Shown: positions 18,276 through 27,110 of the stretch, piece after piece
How the letters are laid out: the number at the start of each line of letters is the position of its first letter
Position numbering within the stretch: position 1 is the stretch's first letter
Source: a virus
UHGV virus genome: UHGV-0152653
Strand: one strand, 5' to 3'
Length of the DNA: 32,210 bases
The notes under the pieces: model-generated
Database searches by the model: none
What the model saw: the letters and a program-made list of their open reading frames with translations, nothing else
Told to the model about the DNA's origin: nothing
Made by a program: the position numbers and the translations under genes

Positions 18276-18653
18276 ATGAAAAGGAAAGTAATCAGCGGGC
18301 TGTTTCTGATGTTATGGATAGCGCTGTTAATCGCCGCAATGGTGTATCCGCAGGGGATTTTTCCGGTACTGGCTGCATCTGGTGTCTGGGTAGCCTGTCT
18401 GCTGACATGGGCAGTAATTCCGGTATCACTGGCGGCGTTAATTAAGAATGGCCCGCTCTGGCAGGAGTTGAGGGCATCTTTGCTGAAGACAATTACCCGA
18501 AAAGAAAACGTATTTATCAGCTGGATGATGCGATTGCTGATTGTCGTCAGTCTCGCCTGGACGGGGTGGGCTATTACCCTGGTCTTTTATCTACTGACCG
18601 TTATTGCCTTCTGGATCACCCGTAATCAGATGGCGCAACAGGTAGCAGCATGA
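18276..18653 (+). CDS. lysA: LysA-like membrane protein (lysis timing)
   Basis: ATG at 18276 with AGGGAG RBS; multiple TM helices; position as P2 lysA. Confidence 0.65.
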   Translation: MKRKVISGLFLMLWIALLIAAMVYPQGIFPVLAASGVWVACLLTWAVIPVSLAALIKNGPLWQELRASLLKTITRKENVFISWMMRLLIVVSLAWTGWAITLVFYLLTVIAFWITRNQMAQQVAA

Positions 18654-19078
18654 ACCGGTTGCTGCTGGTTGTGCTGGCGTTATTACTGGCGGCGCTGGGC
18701 TGGCAGACGTGGCGGCTGGCTGATGCCAGCCAGACCATCAGCACGCAGGCAGACGAGCTTCGGAGCAAAAGCCAGGCACTGGCAAAGAGCAACAGCCAGC
18801 TTATCAGCCTGTCCATTCTGACAGAAACCAACAACCGGGAGCAGGCGCGACTCTATGCCAACGCAGAACAGACCAGCGCACTACTGAGACAACGACAACA
18901 CCGGATTGAGGAACTGAAACGTGAGAACGAGGATTTACGCCGCTGGGCTGATACTCCTTTGCCTGCTGACATTATCCGGCTGCGGGAACGTCCGGCACTC
19001 ACCGGAGGTGCAGCTTACCGTCAGTGGTTGTCCGCGAGTGACGCCGTGTCGGCTGGAGCAGGCAGCGCCGCGCACTAA
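18650..19078 (+). CDS. lysB: i-spanin (Rz/LysB-like)
   Basis: N-terminal TM helix, then coiled-coil-like region rich in Q/E/R/L. Confidence 0.75.
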   Translation: MNRLLLVVLALLLAALGWQTWRLADASQTISTQADELRSKSQALAKSNSQLISLSILTETNNREQARLYANAEQTSALLRQRQHRIEELKRENEDLRRWADTPLPADIIRLRERPALTGGAAYRQWLSASDAVSAGAGSAAH

Positions 19079-19211
19079 CGGTGATCTGAACGCACTGCTG
19101 GATGAAACGGAGGCCGCCTGGGCGGTCTGTGCAGACAAAGTGGACATGATTATTGCGTGTCAGGAGCGAAACAGTGAACAAACCACAGTCCCTGCGCCAC
19201 GCCCTCAATAA
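18921..19211 (+). CDS. lysC: o-spanin lipoprotein (Rz1/LysC-like), nested in a different frame within and beyond lysB
   Basis: Lipobox LTLSGC after a signal sequence; Pro-rich; starts in the +1 frame inside the i-spanin gene. Confidence 0.7.
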   Translation: MRTRIYAAGLILLCLLTLSGCGNVRHSPEVQLTVSGCPRVTPCRLEQAAPRTNGDLNALLDETEAAWAVCADKVDMIIACQERNSEQTTVPAPRPQ

Positions 19212-19605
19212 AGCAGTGCCTTATGTCCGCAATAACCCGGACAAACTGCATCTGTTTGTGGATAACGGTTCGCTGGTTGCCACGGGGGCCAGCTCCATGT
19301 CATGGGAGTACCGTTATACCCTCAACGTGGTGATTGAGGATTTCAGCGGCGACCAGAATCTGCTGATGGCCCCGGTTTTGCTGTGGCTGCGTGATAACCA
19401 GCCCGATGCCATCAATAACCCGGCGTTACGGGAAAAACTATTCACCTTTGAGGTGGATATTTTGCGCAACGATGTCTGTGATATCAGCCTTAACCTGCAA
19501 CTGACGGAGCGTGTGCTGGTCAGCACTGACGGCAGTGTGTCGAGTGTTGAAGCTGTAGCGGAACCCGATGAACCTGAAGAAATGTGGACGGTGAAACGTG
19601 GCTGA
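19174..19605 (+). CDS. R: Tail completion protein (P2 gpR-like)
   Basis: GTG start at 19174 with AGGAGCG RBS; size and position as P2 R. Confidence 0.75.
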   Translation: MNKPQSLRHALNKAVPYVRNNPDKLHLFVDNGSLVATGASSMSWEYRYTLNVVIEDFSGDQNLLMAPVLLWLRDNQPDAINNPALREKLFTFEVDILRNDVCDISLNLQLTERVLVSTDGSVSSVEAVAEPDEPEEMWTVKRG

Positions 19606-20044
19606 ACTGCAGAAGGTGGACGACTGGCTGAGTGCTTTGCTGGCGAATCTGGAACCAGCCGCAAGAAGCCGCATGATGCGCCAGCTGGCGCAGGAACTGC
19701 GCCGGACACAGCAGCAGAATATCAGAATGCAGCGCAATCCAGATGGCAGCAGTTATGAACCTCGACGGGTAACAGCACGCAGTAAAAAGGGGCGCATCAA
19801 ACGTCAGATGTTTGCAAAGCTGCGCACCGCAAAATACCTGAAAACTGCCGCCAGCGCCGATTCTGCCAGCGTGCAGTTTGAAGGTAAGGTGCAGCGTATT
19901 GCCCGCGTTCACCATTACGGCCTGCGTGATCGCGTCAGTCGCAAAGGACCTGAGGTCCGTTACGCAGAGCGTCGTCTTCTGGGCGTAAATGATGATGTTG
20001 AGGCAATGACCCGCGACATGATTCTGCAATGGCTGGCGGGGTGA
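19598..20044 (+). CDS. S: Tail completion protein (P2 gpS-like)
   Basis: 148 aa; position after R. Confidence 0.8.
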   Translation: MAELQKVDDWLSALLANLEPAARSRMMRQLAQELRRTQQQNIRMQRNPDGSSYEPRRVTARSKKGRIKRQMFAKLRTAKYLKTAASADSASVQFEGKVQRIARVHHYGLRDRVSRKGPEVRYAERRLLGVNDDVEAMTRDMILQWLAG

Positions 20045-20048
20045 TCTT

Positions 20049-20066
20049 TGTATCAGCACTGATACA
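20049..20066. promoter_or_regulatory. Ogr/B-type late activator site (perfect palindrome TGTATCAGCACTGATACA) upstream of the baseplate operon
   Basis: TGT-N12-ACA dyad with extended perfect symmetry, 47 bp upstream of the V ATG. Confidence 0.55.
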
Positions 20067-20112
20067 AGTTGCAGCACTGCCGCCTTTCTTCCCCTGATGG
20101 CAACCTTTCCCT

Positions 20113-20691
20113 ATGAACGCACAATTAACCGAAATCATGCGCCTTATCACCAACCTGATCCGCACTGGGGTAGTCACCGAAGTGGACCGGGAAAACTGGC
20201 TTTGTCGGGTGAAAACGGGCGATCTTGAAACCAACTGGATTAACTGGCTGACGCTGCGCGCGGGTAATGCCCGCACATGGTGGAAACCATCGGAAGGTGA
20301 GCAGGTGGTGCTGCTGAGTCTGGGCGGCAATCTGGAGACCGCCTTTGCGCTGCCCGCTGTGTATTCGAATCAGTTCGCACCACCGTCGATGTCGGCGGAC
20401 GCCTGCGTGACAGAACATCCTGACGGTGGCTGGTTTGAATACGAACCCGCCACCGGGCGCTGGTATGTCAGGGGCATCAAATCAATGGTCATTGAGGCCG
20501 CTGACAACATCACCCTGAAAACCAGTGAGTTTGTACTGGAGGCTGACCGCACGCGCATTAACAGCGAAGTGGTGATCAATGGTGGCGTTACCCAGGGCGG
20601 CGGAGCGATGAGTTCTAACGGGATCGTGGTTGATGCGCATCAGCATACTGGCGTCCTGAAAGGCGGCGACACAACCGGAGGCCCGGTATGA
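20113..20691 (+). CDS. V: Baseplate spike/assembly protein (P2 gpV-like)
   Basis: 192 aa; first gene of the baseplate operon V-W-J-I; no obvious RBS, so the start is slightly uncertain. Confidence 0.8.
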   Translation: MNAQLTEIMRLITNLIRTGVVTEVDRENWLCRVKTGDLETNWINWLTLRAGNARTWWKPSEGEQVVLLSLGGNLETAFALPAVYSNQFAPPSMSADACVTEHPDGGWFEYEPATGRWYVRGIKSMVIEAADNITLKTSEFVLEADRTRINSEVVINGGVTQGGGAMSSNGIVVDAHQHTGVLKGGDTTGGPV

Positions 20692-21047
20692 CGCTTTATA
20701 GCGGGATGAACAATACCAGCGGTAAAGCCATTACTGATATTGACCATCTGCGCCAGTCGGTGCGGGATATTCTGCTGACGCCGCAGGGTAGCCGCATTGC
20801 CCGTCGGGAATATGGTTCCCTGCTGTCGGCACTGATTGATCAGCCACAAAATCCGGCGTTACGCCTGCAGGTTATGTCGGCTGTGTATGTGGCACTGAGT
20901 CGCTGGGAGCCACGGCTGACGCTGGATTCCATCACTATTAACAGCAATTTTGACGGTTCAATGGTGGTGGAGCTGACCGGGCGGCGGAATAACGGTGTGC
21001 CTGTGTCCCTTTCAGTATCAACAGGAGCAGAGAATGGCAGTGATTGA
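20688..21047 (+). CDS. W: Baseplate protein (P2 gpW-like)
   Basis: 119 aa; start overlaps the V stop. Confidence 0.8.
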   Translation: MTLYSGMNNTSGKAITDIDHLRQSVRDILLTPQGSRIARREYGSLLSALIDQPQNPALRLQVMSAVYVALSRWEPRLTLDSITINSNFDGSMVVELTGRRNNGVPVSLSVSTGAENGSD

Positions 21048-21942
21048 CCTTTCGCAGTTGCCTGCACCGCAGATTGTGGATGTGCCGGACTTTGAGACGC
21101 TGCTTGCCGAACGCAAGGCAGAATTTGTGGCGCTTCATCCGAAAGATGAGCAGGAAGCAGTGATCCGCACGCTGGAACTGGAGTCTGAACCCGTCACCAA
21201 ATTGTTGCAGGAGAATGCTTACCGTGAGTTGCTTCTGCGCCAGCGCATTAACGAAGCCGCGCAGGCGGTGATGGTGGCTTACGCGATGGGCGGCGATCTT
21301 GACCAGCTCGCTGCCAACTACAACGTGAAACGCCTGACGGTGACGCCTGCTGATAATGACGCTGTGCCGCCCGTTGCAGCAGTGATGGAAAGCGATGAAG
21401 CGTTACGCCTGCGTGTGCCTGCAGCCTTTGAGGGGCTTTCAGTTGCGGGGCCAACTGCAGCTTATGAATTTCATGCCCGAAGCGCCGACGGTCGGGTGGC
21501 GGATGCCAGTGCAACCAGCCCGGCACCTGCAGAGGTAGTGCTGACTGTCCTTAGCCGCGAAGGCGATGGAACTGCAGAAAAAGACCTGCTGGACGTGGTG
21601 GAAAAAGCTCTGAACAGTGAGAACGTCCGCCCGGTGGCTGACCGTCTGACGGTTCGCAGCGCAGAAATCATCCCGTATCGCGTGGAAGCCACCATTTTTC
21701 TCTATCCGGGACCGGAAGCAGAGCCGGTAATGGCAGCGGCAAAAGCCAGCCTGCAGAGGTACATTGCCAGTCAGACGCGGCTTGGCCGGGATATTCGCCG
21801 TAGCGCCATTTTTGCCGCGCTGCATGTTGAGGGTGTTCAGCGTGTGGAACTGGCTTCCCCGCTGGCGGATGTGGTCCTGAACAAAACGCAGGCGGCATCA
21901 TGTACGCAGTGGAGCGTGACCAACGGGGGAACGGATGAATAG
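21034..21942 (+). CDS. J: Baseplate protein (P2 gpJ-like)
   Basis: Start at ATG 21034 (MAVIDLSQLPAPQIVDV...) with AGGAG RBS; overlaps the W stop. Confidence 0.85.
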   Translation: MAVIDLSQLPAPQIVDVPDFETLLAERKAEFVALHPKDEQEAVIRTLELESEPVTKLLQENAYRELLLRQRINEAAQAVMVAYAMGGDLDQLAANYNVKRLTVTPADNDAVPPVAAVMESDEALRLRVPAAFEGLSVAGPTAAYEFHARSADGRVADASATSPAPAEVVLTVLSREGDGTAEKDLLDVVEKALNSENVRPVADRLTVRSAEIIPYRVEATIFLYPGPEAEPVMAAAKASLQRYIASQTRLGRDIRRSAIFAALHVEGVQRVELASPLADVVLNKTQAASCTQWSVTNGGTDE

Positions 21943-22540
21943 TCTGCTGCCACCGGGTTCAACACCACTGGAGCGCCGACTGGCGCAAACCTGCAGCGGG
22001 ATTTCTGATCTGCAGGTTCCACTGCGTGACTTGTGGGATCCGGCTACCTGTCCGGTCAGTTTCCTGCCTTATCTCGCCTGGGCGTTCTCTGTGGATCGCT
22101 GGGACGAGGACTGGATGGAAAGCGTCAAACGCCAGGTGGTGAAGGATGCTTTTTATATTCATCAACACAAAGGAACCACCAGTGCCGTGCGGCGGGTGGT
22201 GGAACCGTTCGGATTCCTGATCCGCATTATTGAGTGGTGGCAGACCGGAGAAACACCGGGCACGTTTCGTCTGGATATCGGCGTGCAGGACCAGGGCATC
22301 ACTGAAGATACCTATCTGGAACTTGAGCGACTGATAAGCGATGCCAAACCATGTAGCCGTCACATGATCGGCATGTCCATCAACCTGCAGACCAGCGGCC
22401 CGCATTGGGTGGGAGCCGCCAGCTATCTTGGCGAAGAAATCACAATCTATCCGTATATCAACGAAACGATTATTTCCGGTGGCACCGCTCATGAAGGCGG
22501 GGCGGTCCATGTTATTGACACAATGAGAGTGAATCCATGA
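21935..22540 (+). CDS. I: Baseplate/tail fibre attachment protein (P2 gpI-like)
   Basis: 201 aa; position between J and H. Confidence 0.8.
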   Translation: MNSLLPPGSTPLERRLAQTCSGISDLQVPLRDLWDPATCPVSFLPYLAWAFSVDRWDEDWMESVKRQVVKDAFYIHQHKGTTSAVRRVVEPFGFLIRIIEWWQTGETPGTFRLDIGVQDQGITEDTYLELERLISDAKPCSRHMIGMSINLQTSGPHWVGAASYLGEEITIYPYINETIISGGTAHEGGAVHVIDTMRVNP

Positions 22541-23940
22541 GCACAAAATTTTATACCCTGCTGACGGATATTGGCGCGGCGAAACTTGCCAGCGCCGCCG
22601 CGCTCGGTGTGCCGCTAAAAATTACCCATATGGCGGTGGGCGATGGCGGCGGAGTATTGCCAACGCCGGACGCAAAGCAGACGGCACTGGTAAATGAGAA
22701 ACGCCGGGCTGCGCTGAATATGCTTTATATCGACCCGCAGAACAGCAGCCAGATTATTGCTGAACAGGTGATCCCTGAAAACGAGGGCGGTTGGTGGATA
22801 CGTGAAGTGGGCCTGTTTGATGAGTCCGGAGCATTGATTGCCGTGGGAAACTGCCCGGAAAGCTATAAGCCGCAACTGGCTGAAGGCAGCGGGCGTACCC
22901 AGACCGTGCGCATGGTGCTGATTACCAGCAGCACGGACAATATCACCCTGAAAATCGACCCTGCTGTAGTGCTGGCAACCCGTAAGTATGTGGATGACAA
23001 AGCACTGGAGTTGAAGGTGTACGTGGATGACCTGATGGCAAAACATCTTGCCGCACCGGACCCGCATTCACAGTATGCACCCAAAGAAAGTCCGACGTTT
23101 ACCGGAACCCCCAAAGCGCCAACGCCAGCGGCGGGGAATAATACCACGCAGCTTGCGACCACCGCATTTGTTCAGGCGGCACTGACGGCTCTTATTAATG
23201 GTGCGCCAGCCACGCTGGACACACTGAAAGAAATTGCCGCAGCCATTAACAATGACCCGAAATTCAGTACCACCATTAACAATGCGCTGGCACTAAAAGC
23301 CCCGCTGTCGAGTCCGGAACTCACCGGAACGCCAACAGCACCTACTGCGGCACAGTCGGTCAACAATACACAGATTGCCACTACAGCTTTTGTGAAATCA
23401 GCGATTGCAGCAATGGTGGGTTCTGCACCTGCGGCACTGGATACACTGAACGAACTGGCGGCGGCACTGGGGAATGATCCGAACTTTGCCACGACAATGC
23501 TTAATGCGCTGGCAGGTAAACAACCGCTGGACAATACGCTTACCAATTTGAGTGGAAAGGATGTAGCTGGTCTTCTCACATACCTTGGTTTGGGAGAGGC
23601 GGCAAAACGGGATGTGGGAACACGTTCAGGCCAGATACCGGATATGAGTAGCTTTGCATCAGCACTCTCTTCGAGTGGCTACCAGAAATTACCTTCTGGA
23701 CTAATTATTCAGTGGGGGGCGGCTGTTGCTGGAATTGGCAGCACTGGGGGTACAGGAAATGTAGTCTCATTCCCTGTTGCATTCCCCAGATATTGCGCCC
23801 AAATAATTACATCTTACGATAATGGAAGTTCGTCAATCATTGCTGGCGCAGCCGGAAACCAAACTACCACTCAATTTCTTTTACGTTGTGATGCAACCGG
23901 TGGTAGTTATAACTTCCGCTGGTTAGCCGTGGGGTATTAA
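22537..23940 (+). CDS. H: Tail fibre protein (P2 gpH-like)
   Basis: Conserved N-terminus MSTKFYTLLTDIGAAKLA...; internal tandem ~72-aa repeat; divergent C-terminus. Confidence 0.85.
   Translation: MSTKFYTLLTDIGAAKLASAAALGVPLKITHMAVGDGGGVLPTPDAKQTALVNEKRRAALNMLYIDPQNSSQIIAEQVIPENEGGWWIREVGLFDESGALIAVGNCPESYKPQLAEGSGRTQTVRMVLITSSTDNITLKIDPAVVLATRKYVDDKALELKVYVDDLMAKHLAAPDPHSQYAPKESPTFTGTPKAPTPAAGNNTTQLATTAFVQAALTALINGAPATLDTLKEIAAAINNDPKFSTTINNALALKAPLSSPELTGTPTAPTAAQSVNNTQIATTAFVKSAIAAMVGSAPAALDTLNELAAALGNDPNFATTMLNALAGKQPLDNTLTNLSGKDVAGLLTYLGLGEAAKRDVGTRSGQIPDMSSFASALSSSGYQKLPSGLIIQWGAAVAGIGSTGGTGNVVSFPVAFPRYCAQIITSYDNGSSSIIAGAAGNQTTTQFLLRCDATGGSYNFRWLAVGY
23089..23529 (+). repeat. Tandem duplication (two ~72-aa units) within the tail fibre gene
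   Basis: Unit 1 SPTFTGTPKAPTPAAGNNTTQLATTAFVQAAL...DTLKEIAAAINNDPKF... and unit 2 SPELTGTPTAPTAAQSVNNTQIATTAFVKSAI...DTLNELAAALGNDPNF... align along their length. Confidence 0.7.
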
Positions 23941-23942
23941 TT

Positions 23943-24386
23943 ATGGATAACTACTATTTTTCACCTTCGACTTTGGCATTTTATCCTGAAGATCTCATGT
24001 TGTTATATGAAGCAGCAGGAACTTTACCTGATGATATTATTTCTGTGCCACATGAAATATTTGCTACTTATTCAGGAGAGACACCACGAGGGAAAAAGCG
24101 TGGTACTACAGAAGATGGGCAGCCCACCTGGATTAATCTACCGCCTTTAAGTCATGAGGAAGAAGTTGAGGTTGCGGACGCCCAAAGACAGTTTCGTATT
24201 GATGAGGCGAACGACTACATGAACAGTAAGCAATGGCCCGGTAAAGCAGCTATTGGTCGTCTGAACGGTGACGAACTGGCGCAATATAATTTGTGGCTGG
24301 ATTACCTGGACGCACTGGAACAGGTCAATACTTCCAGTGCGCCAGATATTGAATGGCCTACGCCTCCGGTAACTCAGGCCAGCTAA
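23943..24386 (+). CDS. G: Tail fibre assembly chaperone (P2 gpG/Tfa-like)
   Basis: 147 aa directly after H; Tfa-like C-terminus ending ...SAPDIEWPTPP. Confidence 0.8.
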   Translation: MDNYYFSPSTLAFYPEDLMLLYEAAGTLPDDIISVPHEIFATYSGETPRGKKRGTTEDGQPTWINLPPLSHEEEVEVADAQRQFRIDEANDYMNSKQWPGKAAIGRLNGDELAQYNLWLDYLDALEQVNTSSAPDIEWPTPPVTQAS

Positions 24387-24756
24387 TCTCAGGAGCCGTC
24401 GAAGTGTCGACGGCTTTTACTTCTTTTTTGTAGTTCATCCAGGCGGATAGTTTTTCTTTATCTGTACTGCTGATATCACCAAGCATTAATTCCACTCGCC
24501 AGTCAGCTGTGACATTATCGGCATGAGCAAGTAACTGCATTCGCTGATTTTCCGCACGTGCGACATAATCAATCACCGGGGATTTCAGTACCGGTAAACC
24601 ATTTTCATCTGACGTAATTAATTTACACCCTTCCTGCTGTCCGGCAATTAATTCATTGTATAAGTCTGTACTTACTCGAGTCCGGAGAATCAAGACAGCG
24701 TATTGCACTGATTTTTGATGTGGGTGTTTCCACAATTTATAGAAAATTTCCTGCAA
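24358..24756 (-). CDS. Orphan inverted tail fibre assembly gene (tfa-like), convergent with and overlapping the 3' end of G
   Basis: 132-aa minus-strand ORF with Tfa-like N-terminus and a C-terminus (...TAPEISWPELPEA) paralogous to that of G; 29-bp 3' overlap with G. Confidence 0.6.
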   Translation of the reverse strand: MQEIFYKLWKHPHQKSVQYAVLILRTRVSTDLYNELIAGQQEGCKLITSDENGLPVLKSPVIDYVARAENQRMQLLAHADNVTADWRVELMLGDISSTDKEKLSAWMNYKKEVKAVDTSTAPEISWPELPEA

Positions 24757-24828
24757 ATAAGAGCAATGAATCTCCCTGAATCAGCATTATTTTGATTATT
24801 CCTGCAAGCGGACAAATACCGTCATTTT

Positions 24829-24846
24829 GTGTGAATAACGGTACAA
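24829..24846. promoter_or_regulatory. Ogr/B-type late activator site (TGT-N12-ACA) upstream of the sheath operon
   Basis: TGTGTGAATAACGGTACA about 76 bp upstream of the FI ATG; shares the TGTGTG...GGTACA half-sites with the site at 14141. Confidence 0.5.
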
Positions 24847-24921
24847 CTGCGCTTAGCTGTTTGTCGGACACAATCACTTCAACATAGGGCGAAGCCTAAT
24901 CCAATCAGGAGGTTCGCCGCT

Positions 24922-26094
24922 ATGGCTCAGGATTACCACCACGGGGTGCGCGTTGTTGAAGTCAACGAAGGCACCCGATCCATTACCACGGTGAGCACCG
25001 CCATCGTGGGTATGGTCTGCACGGGCGATGATGCCGATGCAAAAATGTTTCCTCTTAATAAACCCGTGCTGATCACTGATGTGCTGACTGCCAGCGGTAA
25101 AGCGGGTGAGTCCGGCACGCTGGCCCGTTCGCTGGATGCCATCGCTGACCAGGCAAAACCCGTGACCGTTGTTGTGCGTGTGCCGCAGGGTGAAACGGAA
25201 GAAGAAACCACGACCAATATCATCGGCGCAGTGACTGCTGAAGGTAAAAAAACAGGCATGAAAGCTCTGTTATCTGCTCAGTCACAGCTCGGCGTTAAAC
25301 CGCGCATTCTGGGTATACCAGGTCACGACACCAAGGCGGTAGCTACTGAGTTGCTGAGTGTGGCGCAAAGCCTGCGTGGGTTTGCTTACCTGTCAGCGTA
25401 TGGCTGCAAGACTGTGCAGGAGGCAATCACTTACCGTGAAAACTTCAGCCAGCGCGAAGGGATGCTGATCTGGCCCGACTTTACTGGCTGGGACACGGTG
25501 CTGAATGCCGAAGCAACGGCATATGCCACCGCCCGTGCGCTTGGTCTGCGTGCCAAAATTGATGAGCAGACCGGGTGGCACAAAAGCCTGTCCAACGTGG
25601 GCGTGAACGGTGTCACCGGAATTTCTGCTGATGTGTTCTGGGATCTGCAGGACCCGGCAACCGATGCGGGACTGCTTAACCAGAACGACGTCACCACGCT
25701 TGTGCGCAAGGATGGTTTCCGCTTCTGGGGTTCCCGCTGTCTGAGCGATGATCCGCTTTTTGCCTTCGAAAACTACACCCGCACAGCGCAGGTACTGATG
25801 GACACAATGGCTGAAGCACATATGTGGGCGGTGGACAAACCGCTGAACCCGTCGCTGGCCCGCGACATTATCGAAGGTATCCGCGCCAAAATGCGCAACC
25901 TGGTCAGTCAGGGCTATCTCATTGGTGGTGATTGCTGGCTGGATGAGTCGGTGAACGACAAAGACACGCTTAAAGCCGGAAAACTCACCATCGACTACGA
26001 CTACACGCCAGTGCCGCCACTTGAAAATCTGATGCTGCGCCAGCGCATCACCGATCAGTACCTGGTGAATTTCGCCAGCCAGGTCAGCGCGTAA
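24922..26094 (+). CDS. FI: Tail sheath protein (P2 gpFI-like)
   Basis: 390 aa; AGGAGG RBS; size and position as P2 FI. Confidence 0.9.
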   Translation: MAQDYHHGVRVVEVNEGTRSITTVSTAIVGMVCTGDDADAKMFPLNKPVLITDVLTASGKAGESGTLARSLDAIADQAKPVTVVVRVPQGETEEETTTNIIGAVTAEGKKTGMKALLSAQSQLGVKPRILGIPGHDTKAVATELLSVAQSLRGFAYLSAYGCKTVQEAITYRENFSQREGMLIWPDFTGWDTVLNAEATAYATARALGLRAKIDEQTGWHKSLSNVGVNGVTGISADVFWDLQDPATDAGLLNQNDVTTLVRKDGFRFWGSRCLSDDPLFAFENYTRTAQVLMDTMAEAHMWAVDKPLNPSLARDIIEGIRAKMRNLVSQGYLIGGDCWLDESVNDKDTLKAGKLTIDYDYTPVPPLENLMLRQRITDQYLVNFASQVSA

Positions 26095-26103
26095 GGGGAC
26101 AAC

Positions 26104-26619
26104 ATGGCTTTACCACGCAAATTAAAACATCTGAACCTGTTTAACGACGGGAACAACTGGCAGGGAATCGTTGAGTCGCTGACGCTGCCGAAATTCACCC
26201 GCAAATATGAGAAGTATCGCGGCGGCGGTATGCCGGGGGCGGTGGATGTGGATCTGGGACTGGATGACAGTGCACTGGATACAGAATTTTCCATTGGTGG
26301 TACTGAACTGCTGCTGTTTAAGCAGATGGGCAAAGCCACGGTGGATGGCATCCAGCTGCGCTTTACCGGCTCTATCCAGCGTGACGATACCGGGGAAGTG
26401 CAGCCCGTGGAGCTTGTGGTGCGTGGACGTCACAAAGAAGTGGATTCCGGTGAGTGGAAGACGGGCGAAAGCAACACCACCAAAGTGACCAGTACCAACA
26501 GCTACGCAAAGCTGACCATCAATGGTGAGGTGCTCTATGAAGTGGACCTTATCAACATGGTGGAAATTGTGGACGGTGTGGACCTGATGGAAGCGCACCG
26601 CAATGCCCTCGGCCTCTGA
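26104..26619 (+). CDS. FII: Tail tube protein (P2 gpFII-like)
   Basis: 171 aa; follows the sheath gene. Confidence 0.9.
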   Translation: MALPRKLKHLNLFNDGNNWQGIVESLTLPKFTRKYEKYRGGGMPGAVDVDLGLDDSALDTEFSIGGTELLLFKQMGKATVDGIQLRFTGSIQRDDTGEVQPVELVVRGRHKEVDSGEWKTGESNTTKVTSTNSYAKLTINGEVLYEVDLINMVEIVDGVDLMEAHRNALGL

Positions 26620-26673
26620 TGTATCTGAACGGCGCGGGATTCCGCGCCAGAACCCAATTCACAGGACAACAAA

Positions 26674-26976
26674 ATGAGCGATAAGCAGACTGAAAAGACC
26701 ATTCAACTGGATACCCCTATCAAGCGCGGTAAAACAGAAATTACCGAAATTGTGCTGCGTAAACCGCAGTCCGGTGCGCTGCGCGGTACACGCCTGCAGG
26801 CCATTATGGATATGGATGTAAACGCGATGATGACCGTGATCCCCCGCATCTCCAGTCCGGCACTGACTGCACAGGAAATTGCAGAGATGGACCCGGCAGA
26901 TCTCACTGCCATGTCGGTTGAGGTTGTCACTTTTTTGTTGAAGAAGTCGGTGCTTGCCGGTTTACCGACAGCCTGA
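26674..26976 (+). CDS. E: Tail assembly chaperone (P2 gpE-like)
   Basis: 100 aa upstream of the tape measure gene; contains slippery heptamer T_TTT_TTG at 26931-26937 near its 3' end. Confidence 0.8.
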   Translation: MSDKQTEKTIQLDTPIKRGKTEITEIVLRKPQSGALRGTRLQAIMDMDVNAMMTVIPRISSPALTAQEIAEMDPADLTAMSVEVVTFLLKKSVLAGLPTA

Positions 26977-27110
26977 CGGTTGATGATCTGGTGGCAGATA
27001 TCGCCACCATTTTTCACTGGCCGCCATCCGTTACTGACGTTATGCCGCTGACCGAAGTGCTGGAATGGCGGTATAAAGCGATTCAGAGAAGCGGGGCCAA
27101 CGATGAGTGA
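26674..27110 (+). CDS. E+E' tail assembly chaperone extended by programmed -1 frameshift
   Basis: The -1 frame after the slippery site at 26931-26937 is open for 58 codons to TGA at 27108-27110, overlapping the T start; matches the known P2 E/E' arrangement. Confidence 0.6.

Noticed and set aside
23943-24921. An active invertible tail-fibre segment (shufflon) with site-specific invertase
   Set aside because: No invertase ORF and no inverted copy of a fibre C-terminal exon are present between the inverted tfa and the sheath gene; only the orphan inverted tfa remains.
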